Translations under genes and position numbers: made by a program | Assembly: GCA_964551995.1 (NCBI GenBank) | Contig: CAZKFD010000011.1 | Span: 109,036 to 173,035 of the forward strand | Source: an uncultured Eubacteriales bacterium | Lineage (GTDB): Bacteria > Acidobacteriota > Aminicenantia > Aminicenantales > Saccharicenantaceae | Length of the DNA stretch: 64,000 bases | Direction: 5' to 3' | The notes under the pieces: model-generated | Databases searched by the model: none | The model's input: the letters and a program-made list of their open reading frames with translations, nothing else | What the model was told of the DNA's origin: nothing | Shown: piece after piece, positions 1 to 8,427 of the stretch | How the letters are laid out: every line of letters starts with the position of its first letter | Numbering within the stretch: position 1 is the stretch's first letter

Positions 1-286
1 GTCTTGCCCGGGACCGGCGTCGGCTCGGAAAAGACGGCCGGGTTCATTTTCCCCTTCATCGGACCGGAGAGAATGCGGCTGCCGGGCCTCCGGATAAACG
101 CGCGAGAGCCGTCCAGAAAAGGAGGAACACATCACGCGTTATCTGAACATAGGGAAGCTTTTTGGGATCGCCGTCTCCGTCGCGATCCTTGCGGGAGGGA
201 TCGGGAGATTGCGCGCAACCTGCGGAATGCCCTTGAAGCCGGCCGCGCCTTGAGCGGCACCTGACGCGGCGCGCCGCGGAAAGGAC

Positions 287-777
287 ATGGTGGGTCAGAT
301 CATCGCCTTTTCTCGGGAGCGGGAACAGGAGCGGAAGCCGGTCGATGTCTGGGACGTCATCAAGGAATCGTTGCCGCTGCTCCGGATCTCGATGCCCAAG
401 AGCGTTCAAATCGTTGAGAAAACCGGGGTCGGCTCGGACGTGACCGTCGCCGACGCCGCTCAGCTTCATCAGGTCATGATGAACCTCGGCAGCAACGTGG
501 CCCACGCCATGCGGGAGAGGGGGGCATCTTGGAAGTCGGACTCAACGACATCCTGATCGACGCCGAAACCGCCTCCCGGCACATCGGCCTCAAGCCCGGC
601 TCCCATCTCTGCCTCCGGGTGGAGGATAACGCCCAGGGGACGCTCGTCACGATCTATCTGCCGCGCGTCGTCGGCCATCCGGCGCCGGCCCGGGAAGTCG
701 AAAACCAGCCCTCGAAGGGGACGGGGTCGGCTTCGGCGGTGAGATCCCGCTGCTGCTCGAAATCTGTGCCACCCTGA
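287..777 (+). pseudogene. Degraded sensor histidine kinase remnant (HATPase_c fragments only)
   Basis: ORF-track pieces 287..556 and 529..777 lie in different frames. The first carries an N-box-like LHQVMMNLGSNVAHAM, the second ends with GTLVTIYLP, typical of the HATPase_c C-terminus. The G1/F/G2 boxes between them are missing. An in-frame stop at 251..253 leaves no HisKA/H-box upstream. Confidence 0.4.
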
Positions 778-824
778 TCGTCAATCCGAGCTTCTGCCCG
801 GAGGAGGTCCGCGGCATCTTCAGC

Positions 825-1223
825 TCAGGCGGCGACGTCGATCTTTTGGGAATTCTGCCAGAGCCCGTGGATGTTGCAGAGACTCGAAGCGTATATCGTC
901 CCCGGCTTGTCCGTCTTGAAGCTCAGGACGACCTCGTGGTGCGTGTACACGGTGCTCGTGTTCGGGCCTTGGACCGACGCGCCGTGCGCCGAGAATTCGG
1001 CCTTGCCGATCTGGCAGGGAAATTTCTCGCCGTCCGGATGGAAATAAACGTCGATCCAGCTGATGTGGTGCTCCGTCGTGTTAGGATGGGCGATTTCGCG
1101 GCCGATCGTCACTTTCACGGGGAAGAATTCGCCCTTCTTGACTTTGGCCGGCGCGTCGATGACCGGAACATGCTTTTCTTTCTTCCAGTCCGCCGCTTGG
1201 AACAGGTCTCTCATGTCTGCCAT
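825..1223 (-). CDS. sor: Superoxide reductase (neelaredoxin/desulfoferrodoxin-type, single-domain 1Fe-SOR)
   Basis: 132 aa. Motifs HVPVI, HPNTTEHHISWIDVYF and CNIHGLW match the SOR Fe-binding His4Cys centre. A strong RBS gaggaggag lies upstream. Confidence 0.85.
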   Translation of the reverse strand: MADMRDLFQAADWKKEKHVPVIDAPAKVKKGEFFPVKVTIGREIAHPNTTEHHISWIDVYFHPDGEKFPCQIGKAEFSAHGASVQGPNTSTVYTHHEVVLSFKTDKPGTIYASSLCNIHGLWQNSQKIDVAA

Positions 1224-1237
1224 GAAACTCCTCCTCT

Positions 1238-1267
1238 CTTAATATTAAGATTCTCAATGCAAGATTC
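1238..1267 (-). promoter_or_regulatory. Candidate operator upstream of sor: 12-nt perfect palindrome CTTAATATTAAG plus direct repeat AAGATTC x2
   Basis: Read directly in the AT-rich sor 5' region between the RBS and the putative -10. The palindrome is at 1238..1249 and the direct repeats at 1247..1253 and 1261..1267. Confidence 0.3.
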
Positions 1268-1565
1268 ATATTACGGCCGCAGATCCCGGCTCGGGCCGTC
1301 TCCGTTCCGCGCCGGCCGCGATTCCCCCGCGAAATTCCCGCGAGCCGGGAAAGTTTCCTCTTTTTCAGGAATTGCCTTCTGGCCCGCCTCTGGGATAATC
1401 TGCGAATGCCGGCCCTCCCCCAGAAGCGGTCGTGGCCGGCGGATAGGCATGTTTATTGTATCATAAATCCTCCTCGCCGGCGGGGGCTCATAGAGCGACC
1501 GGGAATCCGGAGACTCGTGGAGCGAGGGCATTCGCCCCTTTTGTCGGGCCTGAAAGGCGGCGAAC

Positions 1566-1958
1566 ATGATCATCACGGAATCGCTTTTCGCCCTGGCCGT
1601 AGCCCTGTTTCTGACGGCGGTCTTCGCGGTCGCCGGCCGGCAGCCGAAATCTCGCTGGCGGGTGATCCTCTTTTCCCTGGTGGTGTTCCTGGGGGCCTGG
1701 GCCGGCGGCATCTGGATCACCCCGGTCGGCCCCACGATCCTGGGCGTCTACTGGCTGTCCTTCTTCGGTGTCGGGCTCGTCCTCCAGCTCGTTTACAAGC
1801 CGGTCTGGATCGGCGGCGTGCTCGTTCCAGCCGCGCTCCGGGGGCGGTTCCCGTTTTATGTCGCCTTCTTCGGCGGGATCTTTGTGACCTACATCGTCGG
1901 CGACATCATCGTCATTCCGTTTGGCCACGTATTCAGGAAAAAAGACGGGACCCCATGA
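1566..1958 (+). CDS. Hypothetical integral membrane protein (about 4 TM helices)
   Basis: 130 aa, strongly hydrophobic (FALAVALFLTAVFAVAG, VVFLGAWAGGIWI, GVYWLSFFGVGLVLQLV). ATG start with an upstream purine-rich stretch. Confidence 0.5.
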   Translation: MIITESLFALAVALFLTAVFAVAGRQPKSRWRVILFSLVVFLGAWAGGIWITPVGPTILGVYWLSFFGVGLVLQLVYKPVWIGGVLVPAALRGRFPFYVAFFGGIFVTYIVGDIIVIPFGHVFRKKDGTP

Positions 1959-2209
1959 GGATAGCCGCTTGATCGAAGGGCATCGGGTCGGCACGCGGGC
2001 GCTTTATCGGACTTGAATCCGTCGGGAGATTCTGACCGGATTCGATAATCCCCCTTGTCCCCCCTTAGTTAATTAAGGGGGACTCAATAGGACCGCATTT
2101 CGGATATTGGCCTGCCGAAACGCGCCCAAGCTCGATTAGATCTTAACCTCCCCAACCCGTCCTGGAATTCAGGAGGGGCTGCGAAAGGGACCGCGTTTCG
2201 GGAAGAGGA

Positions 2210-2281
2210 TGGGCGATACAGGATTTGAACCTGTGACTCCTACCGTGTGAAGGTAGTACTCTGCCACTGAGTTAATCGCCC
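2210..2281 (-). tRNA. tRNA-Val (anticodon CAC)
   Basis: Reverse complement GGGCGATTAACTCAGTGGCAGAGTACTACCTTCACACGGTAGGAGTCACAGGTTCAAATCCTGTATCGCCCA folds as a cloverleaf: acceptor GGGCGAT/ATCGCCC, anticodon stem CTACC/GGTAG, loop TTCACAC, T-loop TTCAAAT. CCA is not encoded. Confidence 0.85.
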
Positions 2282-2427
2282 ATGACCCACATTTTAGCCG
2301 ATTCCGCCGGGATGTCAATTTCCCGGTTTTCCTGGGGAAAAGTCCGCGCCGCATGGACGGAAAGCGTCAGCGCCGGGGCCGCAAACTCCGATTGACTTTG
2401 CCCCGTAATGTCCTTATAAATAAAGTA

Positions 2428-3882
2428 ATGGCCATCACCCGGTGTCCGTACTGCCACGCCATCATCGACGAAACCGACAAATATTGCAACAATTGCGGAA
2501 CCCAGCTCCTGTTCCCTGAGGACGAAGCCGTTGAAGAAGAGATCAAGGGCGAGAAGATCGTCGACGCCGACATCGAGGACAGGGATTATGAGACTGGCGA
2601 GGTTGCTGAGGACCGGGCCGGCGAAGAAGAAAAGCAAGAGGGCGAACCCCTCGACGCGGAAGAGGCGCCGGAGACGGAAGAGAGGGCCGGGGAATTCACT
2701 TCGGAGATTCCCGGGCAGGCCGAAGAAGGGCTGGGAGCGGGCGGAGACGAGGAAGATGTAAAGGGGGGCGGGGAAGCGGAGGCCGCCGGCGCGGAGAGAA
2801 GCAAAACCGAAGAAGTGATTCTCGTCGAGGAAGCCGAGGCCGCCGGGAAAGGCACGGAAACGGCCGGGACCGCCGTGGAGGGAACCTCCTTGACTGAGCC
2901 GGAGTCTCGCCCGGCCGCCGCCGCGAAAAGTGAAAAAACGGATGGGGATGAGGTCCGGACAGGGGAAATGGAAGAAGCCGAAGCCGAAGCCGAAGAAGCC
3001 GTCCCGGCCCGCGCCCCAGTGCCCCTGACGTTCGACACCGGCGAATTGGAGGGGATCGGGAAGACGATCGAGCTCAGCAGGGAAAAGCTCGACAGGCTTC
3101 TGGAAGCCATTTCCGAAAAGCCGGGGAAGGAGGGCCCTTTCGAAGAGGTCTCCGCCGCGACCCCGGAACCGAAGCCGGACAGGAAGACCGGAACGCTGCC
3201 GCCATGGGTGGACGGCATGAAAGGGGCGGCTTCGTTTCCGCCGAGAGAAGAGACCCGAGATGCGGGGCCCCGCTTCCTGAAGACGTCCGGTGCCGGCGCG
3301 GAGGCTGCCGCTGGGGAATCCGGCGACGCCGGGACCCGAGAGGCCCCGCTTGAAACCGAAGAAGAGGAGATTTTCCCGCGCCGGAAACCTCCCGACTCGG
3401 GGATCGGCCTCCCGGAGCGTGTGGGCCAGGCAGCCCTGCCTTTCGCACCGGCCGCGGCCGATGAGCAAGAGGAACGAAGCGAGGCCTGGGAAGAACCGGC
3501 CGCGCCGGAGCCGGCCCGGGCGCCGGCTCTCGGCGAGGAAGTCGCGCCGCCCTGGAGTCAGGCTCGCAAGGACGAGACGGCCGCCCTCGAAGGGGAAGCG
3601 GAAGCCGGGAAGAGCCGTCCGCCCTTCCAGTTTTCGCTGTTCTTGAAGGCCAAAGCGTTCGATGTCCTTTTCGTCGGCATCTTTTGGCTCGTGGCCTTGT
3701 GGACGGCGGCCCGCTCCATGGAGGCGACGCTGTTCGAGCTCCTGTCCGTGACGTCGAGGGCCGTCCTGTTCCTCTACGCGATCTTCCTCCTGATCTATTT
3801 CTTCCTCTTTAAGTTCTTTCTCGGCGAGACTCTGGGCGACCGGCTGTTCAAAAACCGGGATGAGCCGGCCCCGGAACGATAG
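2428..3882 (+). CDS. Zinc-ribbon plus RDD-family membrane protein with a long acidic low-complexity linker
   Basis: The N-terminus MAITRCPYCHAII...YCNNCG is a CxxC...CxxC zinc ribbon. The middle is E/A/G-rich. The C-terminal TM helices and the GETLGDRLF motif are typical of the RDD family. An alternative start at 2353 is possible. Confidence 0.7.
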   Translation: MAITRCPYCHAIIDETDKYCNNCGTQLLFPEDEAVEEEIKGEKIVDADIEDRDYETGEVAEDRAGEEEKQEGEPLDAEEAPETEERAGEFTSEIPGQAEEGLGAGGDEEDVKGGGEAEAAGAERSKTEEVILVEEAEAAGKGTETAGTAVEGTSLTEPESRPAAAAKSEKTDGDEVRTGEMEEAEAEAEEAVPARAPVPLTFDTGELEGIGKTIELSREKLDRLLEAISEKPGKEGPFEEVSAATPEPKPDRKTGTLPPWVDGMKGAASFPPREETRDAGPRFLKTSGAGAEAAAGESGDAGTREAPLETEEEEIFPRRKPPDSGIGLPERVGQAALPFAPAAADEQEERSEAWEEPAAPEPARAPALGEEVAPPWSQARKDETAALEGEAEAGKSRPPFQFSLFLKAKAFDVLFVGIFWLVALWTAARSMEATLFELLSVTSRAVLFLYAIFLLIYFFLFKFFLGETLGDRLFKNRDEPAPER

Positions 3883-4600
3883 GACTGAAGTCTTTCCCCA
3901 GGAATCTCCGCCGCGCCCGTTCGTCGGCCGCAACCGCCTCGGGGGGGCCCTCTACGAGAACTTCCCCGTCGTCGATGATGTACACCCGGGAGACGATCCT
4001 GAACGTGTCGCGGACATTGTGGTCGGAGACGACCAGGGCGATGCCCCGGTCGCGGAGCCCCAAAAAGATCCGCTGCAGGTGCTGGATCGTCAAGGGGTCG
4101 ATGCCGGTGAACGGCTCGTCGAGGAGCAGGATCGTCGGCTCGAGGACGAGGGCGCGGGCAATTTCGAGCCGGCGCTTTTCGCCGCCCGAGAGCGCGTGCG
4201 CCGCCTGCCCGGCGAGCGCGGAAAGTCCCACGTCTTCGAGGAGACGGCGGAGCCGGCCTTCGTTCCCGCCCCGGGGACCCGGCTGCATCTCGAGGATCAT
4301 GCGGATGTTGTTCTCCACGGACGCCTTGAGGAATACCGACCCTTCCTGGGGGAGATAAACCACGCCGGCGTGACTTCTCTCGGGCGTCGTCCAGGAGGAG
4401 ATTTCCATGTCGTCCAGCAAGATCCGGCCGCCGTCGGCCCGAACGAGGCCGGCCAGCATCTGGAACGTCGTCGTCTTGCCCGCCCCGTTCCGGCCGAGGA
4501 GCCCGACGATCTCCCCGGACAATGCGGCCAGGGAGACGCCGTTGACGACGGCGCGGCGGCCGTACCTTTTGACCAGGTCCTCGGCCCTCAGCGCGGCCAT
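3848..4600 (-). CDS. lptB: LPS export ABC transporter ATP-binding protein LptB
   Basis: 250 aa. Walker A GRNGAGKTTTF, YLPQEGSVF, the LSGGEKRRLEIARAL signature and LLDEPFTGIDP are near-collinear with E. coli LptB. Its 3' end overlaps the convergent RDD gene by about 35 nt. Confidence 0.85.
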   Translation of the reverse strand: MAALRAEDLVKRYGRRAVVNGVSLAALSGEIVGLLGRNGAGKTTTFQMLAGLVRADGGRILLDDMEISSWTTPERSHAGVVYLPQEGSVFLKASVENNIRMILEMQPGPRGGNEGRLRRLLEDVGLSALAGQAAHALSGGEKRRLEIARALVLEPTILLLDEPFTGIDPLTIQHLQRIFLGLRDRGIALVVSDHNVRDTFRIVSRVYIIDDGEVLVEGPPEAVAADERARRRFLGKDFSPIVPGPAHPGF

Positions 4601-4661
4601 TGTGCGGGCTTTTCCTCTCGGCTAGAATACTAAGGGCATTCCCCGGGGCTGTCAAGAAACG

Positions 4662-5507
4662 ATGAAAGCCGTGATCAGCACCTCGCGGCGCACGGACCTT
4701 GTCGCGTTTTTCCCCGCCTGGCTGGCCTCAGCCTTGGAGAAGCGGAGCGCGCGGGTCCCCGGTCCCCGCGGCGGAGTCCGGCGGATCGACCTCCGGCCGG
4801 AGCGCGTGCACACCGTCGTCCTCTGGTCCAAGAATTTCGAGAATGTCCTCAGAAACGAAGCCGGACTCATGGACCGTCTCGCGGAATTCGGACAGCTCTA
4901 TCTGCATTTCACGGTGACAGGGCTCGGAGGCACGCCTCTCGAACCCGGGGCCCCCGAAGCCGCCGAGGCCCTCGCTCAGCTTCCGGCCCTCGTCGCGCTG
5001 GCCGGCGATCCGCGACGCGTCTCCCTGCGTTTCGATCCCATCCTGTTCTGGCGGGAGGGCCGGAGGGTCCGGACAAACCTTGATTTTTTCGACAATACTG
5101 CCGCCGCGGCGGCCGCATGCGGCGTTCGTGACGTGCGCCTGAGCTTCGCCCAATGGTACCGGAAAGCGCGGCGCCGGGCGTCCGCCGGGGGCTGGGACGT
5201 TCTCGACCCGCCCGAAGAGGAAAAGAGACGTCACACCGCGGCCCTGGCCTCCGAAGCCCGGGCCCGAGGCCTGAACCTTTGGGCCTGCTGCCAGCCGTTC
5301 CTTGCGGGCCTCGCGGGGATCCGTCCTTCGGCCTGCATCGACGGCCGCCTCCTCGAAGAGCTTCACCCGCGCCGCGAGCCGGCCTCGCACCTCAAGGACA
5401 GGAGCCAGCGTCCCGACTGCCTCTGCACCGAATCTCTGGACATCGGCAGCTACGGCCAGGCCTGCCCGCACGGGTGCGTGTATTGTTATGCCAATCCCGC
5501 CGACTGA
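4662..5507 (+). CDS. DUF1848-family protein (conserved C-terminal Cys cluster)
   Basis: 281 aa. The N-terminus MKAVISTSRRTDLVAFFP and the C-terminal CLCTESLDIGSYGQACPHGCVYCYA fit the DUF1848 pattern. Confidence 0.6.
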   Translation: MKAVISTSRRTDLVAFFPAWLASALEKRSARVPGPRGGVRRIDLRPERVHTVVLWSKNFENVLRNEAGLMDRLAEFGQLYLHFTVTGLGGTPLEPGAPEAAEALAQLPALVALAGDPRRVSLRFDPILFWREGRRVRTNLDFFDNTAAAAAACGVRDVRLSFAQWYRKARRRASAGGWDVLDPPEEEKRRHTAALASEARARGLNLWACCQPFLAGLAGIRPSACIDGRLLEELHPRREPASHLKDRSQRPDCLCTESLDIGSYGQACPHGCVYCYANPAD

Positions 5508-5618
5508 GACCATACTTATAAGGACCGAAGAGGGCAGCCGGAACGTGATAAAGCGGTTTAGCCCGGAGATCGCGGGCCCGCAGGGAAGTTCCAGGCGGAA
5601 CCGACAAAACTTGTCTGA

Positions 5619-5641
5619 GCTTGGCGTAGCGTACGCCAAGC
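5619..5641. terminator. Perfect 10-bp hairpin (GCTTGGCGTA-gcg-TACGCCAAGC) between convergent genes
   Basis: Seen in sequence. It is followed by a TTGTTTT stretch on the plus strand and may act as a bidirectional terminator. Confidence 0.4.
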
Positions 5642-5724
5642 GAGTTGTTTTGGCGCCGAGGAGCGCGTGATCCGCGCGGCGTGAAAAACCGCGATCTGGA
5701 GTGAAGGTTGCCCTCTTGGTCCCT

Positions 5725-6465
5725 TCAGATGCCGAGGCTCAGCCGTTCGGCCAGTGCGGGCGGGAGCTTCTCGTCGAAGATCCGCTTTTTCGCATCCTCG
5801 ATGTCGTAATCGACGCGATAGAACCTGATCACTCGGGAGTCGGAGTCGTAGATGGCGAACGCGCTCCGGGGATTCCTGTCCCTGGGCTGACCCACGGAGC
5901 CGGGATTGATGAGGTAGCGGACGCCCTTCTCGAGCTTGACCTCGTTCGCATCGCCTTCGAGGAACGTGCCTTCGACGTTCCCGTCCTTCTCGGTGTAGAT
6001 GAACGGGAAGTGGGTGTGGCCGAAAAAGCAGAGGGGGGTCTGGTAATAGCCGAAAGCCTCGGCGGCGTCGAATTCGCCGAAGATGTAGTAGTCCTCGTCG
6101 AAGGGAGCGCCGTGGCAGACGGTGATCGTCTCGTGTATGATCTCTGGACCCTTCTTCAGCCGGGAGAGGAAGTCCAGGTTCTTCTTGGAGATGGCTTTTT
6201 TCGTCCAGAAGATGGCCGCGGCGGCGATGGGGTTAAAGGTCTGGATCGAGTCGAGCCCCGAGACGGCCTTGTCGTGGTTGCCGCGGATAATGGACAGGGG
6301 CTTTAGAGTTAGGATCCTCTGGATGACCTCGTTTGGGGAAGCGCCGTAGCCGACGAGATCACCGAGGAAGAGGTAATGATCGATCTTCTTTTTCTGAACC
6401 GCCTTGAGCACCGCGTGGAGCGCCTCCAGGTTCCCGTGGATGTCCGTAAAGATCAGGTACCGCAT
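5725..6465 (-). CDS. Metallophosphoesterase (calcineurin-like, YfcE/Icc-type)
   Basis: 246 aa. FTDIHGN, FLGDLVGYG, RGNHD and GHTH are the canonical metallophosphatase motifs. Confidence 0.8.
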   Translation of the reverse strand: MRYLIFTDIHGNLEALHAVLKAVQKKKIDHYLFLGDLVGYGASPNEVIQRILTLKPLSIIRGNHDKAVSGLDSIQTFNPIAAAAIFWTKKAISKKNLDFLSRLKKGPEIIHETITVCHGAPFDEDYYIFGEFDAAEAFGYYQTPLCFFGHTHFPFIYTEKDGNVEGTFLEGDANEVKLEKGVRYLINPGSVGQPRDRNPRSAFAIYDSDSRVIRFYRVDYDIEDAKKRIFDEKLPPALAERLSLGI

Positions 6466-6472
6466 GGGGGCT

Positions 6473-7380
6473 TTACCTTTCCGCGGCCGTCTCGTACAGC
6501 CGCTCGGCCTCGAAGGAGCTCCGGACGAGGGGACCGGCCACGACCTCCCGGAACCCGAGGCCCAAGGCCGTTCGGCGGAGCGCCTCGAACTCCTCGGGTG
6601 CGTAATACCTTTCGACGGCCGGACTCTCCGCCGCCGGCTGCAGGTATTGGCCGAGAGTCAGGAGGCCGCATCCCGCCTCCCGGAGGTCGGAGAAGGCCCG
6701 GATGACGTCCGACTCAGCTTCCCCCAGACCGAGCATCAGGCCCGATTTCGTCACCGCGCCTCGGCCTTTCGCCGCGGCCAGGACCTCCAGGGACCTCCGG
6801 TAGTTCTTCCGGGGCCGGCGTATCCTGGGATATAGGGATTCGGTCGTCTCCAGGTTGTGATTGAGGATGTCCGGCCCGGCCGCGAGCACCGTCTCGAGGG
6901 CTTGCCGGTCTCCGCCGAAATCCGGGATCAGGGCCTCGACCTTCGTCCCGGGGCTTGCCTCCCGGATCGCCCGGATCGTGCGGGCGAAATGGCCGGCGCC
7001 CCCGTCGGCGAGGTCGTCCCGGGTCACTGAAGTCAGGACGGCATAATGAAGGCCCAGAGACCGGACAGCCTCGGCGACGCGCGCCGGCTCTTCGGCCTCC
7101 GGGGGCGAGGGGACGCCTTTGGCCACGGCGCAGAAGGCGCAGTTCCGCGTGCACGTGTCCCCGAGGATGAGGAAGGTCGCCGTTTTCCGCTCCCAGCAGC
7201 GGCCGATGTTCGGGCACCGGGCGCTCTCGCAGATCGTGTGGAGGCGCCGGGTCTTCAGGATGTCCGAGACCCGGAAGAAGTCCCCGTGCGACGGGAGGCG
7301 GACCTTCAGCCAATCCGGTTTGCGCGTCCCCGGCGCTCTTTTGTTAATGGACAGGCCCCCTTCTCGCTCAACGCGTTCAT
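6473..7380 (-). CDS. lipA: Lipoyl synthase LipA (start region disrupted by an apparent homopolymer frameshift)
   Basis: Radical-SAM CTRNCAFCAV plus an upstream CESARCPNIGRCW auxiliary cluster. The translation is continuous in one frame from LSINKRAPGTRKPDWLKVRLP to the stop at 6473. The only ATG (7378..7380, MNALSEKG) is in a different frame upstream of a C5/G5 run at about 7356..7360. The ORF track lists only the 6473..7126 part. Confidence 0.75.
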
Positions 7381-7428
7381 ATCACGGAACTTCGGGAAGG
7401 AAAGAATGATCCCAAAAGGAGAAAGCGG

Positions 7429-7635
7429 TCAGTATTCGATGTCGCGTTCTCTCTTGATGCGCCGCCGCATCCGTTTCCGAGCCTGAGCTTCCTTCATCCG
7501 CCGCCGTTCTCCGGGTTTGAAGTAGACGGAGTGTTTCTTGATCTCCTTGATGATCGCTTCCTGCTGGACCCGGCGCTTGAACCTCCGGAGGGCGGACTCC
7601 AAGTTCTCGCCTTCTTCAAGAATGACAAACGCCAA
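7429..7635 (-). CDS. rpsU: 30S ribosomal protein S21
   Basis: 68 aa. LESALRRFKRRVQQEAIIKEIKKHSVYFKPGERRR and a basic C-terminus. Confidence 0.9.
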   Translation of the reverse strand: MAFVILEEGENLESALRRFKRRVQQEAIIKEIKKHSVYFKPGERRRMKEAQARKRMRRRIKRERDIEY

Positions 7636-7695
7636 AAACCTTCACCTCCGATCTCGGAAAATCCTGCATTCTTATACAGGATTGCCCTGCCAAAG

Positions 7696-8427
7696 TCAAG
7701 ACGCGGAAGGGCGGCCGGCGTCCCTGATGAAGCCTCCCGCTCTGAGAATGCAAGCCAGGGCGGCGGCGCGCATGGGGTCGATGAAAGGGACGGTGAGGTC
7801 GTCTTCGCCGATCGCGATAGGGATTTCCGTGCACCCGGCGACGATGGCCTGGGCGCCCATGCGGACGAGCTCCCCGGCGACGCCGATGAGGATTCGGTGC
7901 GGATGGCCGGCCGCTGTCCCGGCCTTGATCCCCCGCCTTCCGTAGATCGCGGTCATGACCCGTTTCTGGCCGGGGCCTCCGGGGACGAGAACCTCGATTC
8001 CCGCCAGGCGGAAAACGTCGGCGACGATCCCCGTGCTGACGGTTCCCGTCGTGGCCAGAAGTCCAATGGTTCGTATCCGGGGGAACCGCTTCCGGATGTC
8101 CGCGGCCGTTTCTTCCAGGAGATGGACGATCGGAATCGGGGAGCGGGCCGCGAGCCCGGCGTAGAAATAGTGGGCCGAGACGCACGGCATGACGGCGAAG
8201 TCGGCCCCGGCCCGGCTCAGGGTTTCGAGGCCGCGCCGGAGAGCGGGCAGAGGGCTGGGACCGCCGTGCAGGATGGCCCGCGTGCGGTCCGGGATCCGGG
8301 GCAGGTTGCAGACGATAACGGGGACGTGGTCCTGGTCGCGCGCGGCCCGGGTGTTCCGGACCAGGAGGGCGAAGAAGTACGCCGTGGCCTCAGGCCCCAT
8401 CCCTCCCAGCACGCCGACTGTCTTCAT
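7696..8427 (-). CDS. Aspartate/glutamate racemase family protein
   Basis: 243 aa. The N-terminal VGVLGGMGPEAT and the two-Cys architecture (MPCVSAHYF, AGCTEIP) are typical of Asp racemase. Confidence 0.8.
   Translation of the reverse strand: MKTVGVLGGMGPEATAYFFALLVRNTRAARDQDHVPVIVCNLPRIPDRTRAILHGGPSPLPALRRGLETLSRAGADFAVMPCVSAHYFYAGLAARSPIPIVHLLEETAADIRKRFPRIRTIGLLATTGTVSTGIVADVFRLAGIEVLVPGGPGQKRVMTAIYGRRGIKAGTAAGHPHRILIGVAGELVRMGAQAIVAGCTEIPIAIGEDDLTVPFIDPMRAAALACILRAGGFIRDAGRPSAS

Noticed and set aside
2057-2083. Near-palindrome GTCCCCCCTTAGTTAATTAAGGGGGAC downstream of tRNA-Val and of the membrane-protein gene, as a terminator.
   Set aside because: A strong hairpin is possible, but no T-tract follows on either strand. 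It is recorded as an inverted repeat of unknown role, not called as a feature.
2950-3010. GAAGAAGCCGAAGCC-type nucleotide repeats inside the RDD gene.
   Set aside because: They encode the acidic EAEAEAEE low-complexity linker of the protein and are not an independent repeat element.
2272-3933. 553-aa minus-strand ORF, plus other very long ORFs antisense to real genes: 13424..15349 opposite groEL, 16512..17672 opposite lptFG, 32960..34642 opposite ppdK, 35558..36751 opposite the M20 peptidase, 46362..47945 opposite accC, 48316..49680 opposite ffh, 60520..61731 opposite DUF1080, 61774..62961 opposite the GGDEF gene.
   Set aside because: At about 65% GC, stop codons are rare in non-coding frames. 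These ORFs give Arg/Gly/Pro/Ala-rich low-complexity translations and overlap well-supported genes on the opposite strand.
7080-7141. Apparent 1-nt disagreement between the printed sequence lines and the ORF-track translations. Examples: a G missing at the 7080/7081 line boundary and an extra A at 7140/7141. There are similar -1 offsets around 9600, 18000 and 35530..36780.
   Set aside because: The pattern (loss at one line boundary, gain at a later one, net zero) looks like a display or line-chunking artefact rather than biology. I followed the ORF-track coordinates for CDS features. Text-derived coordinates for small elements may be off by 1 nt.
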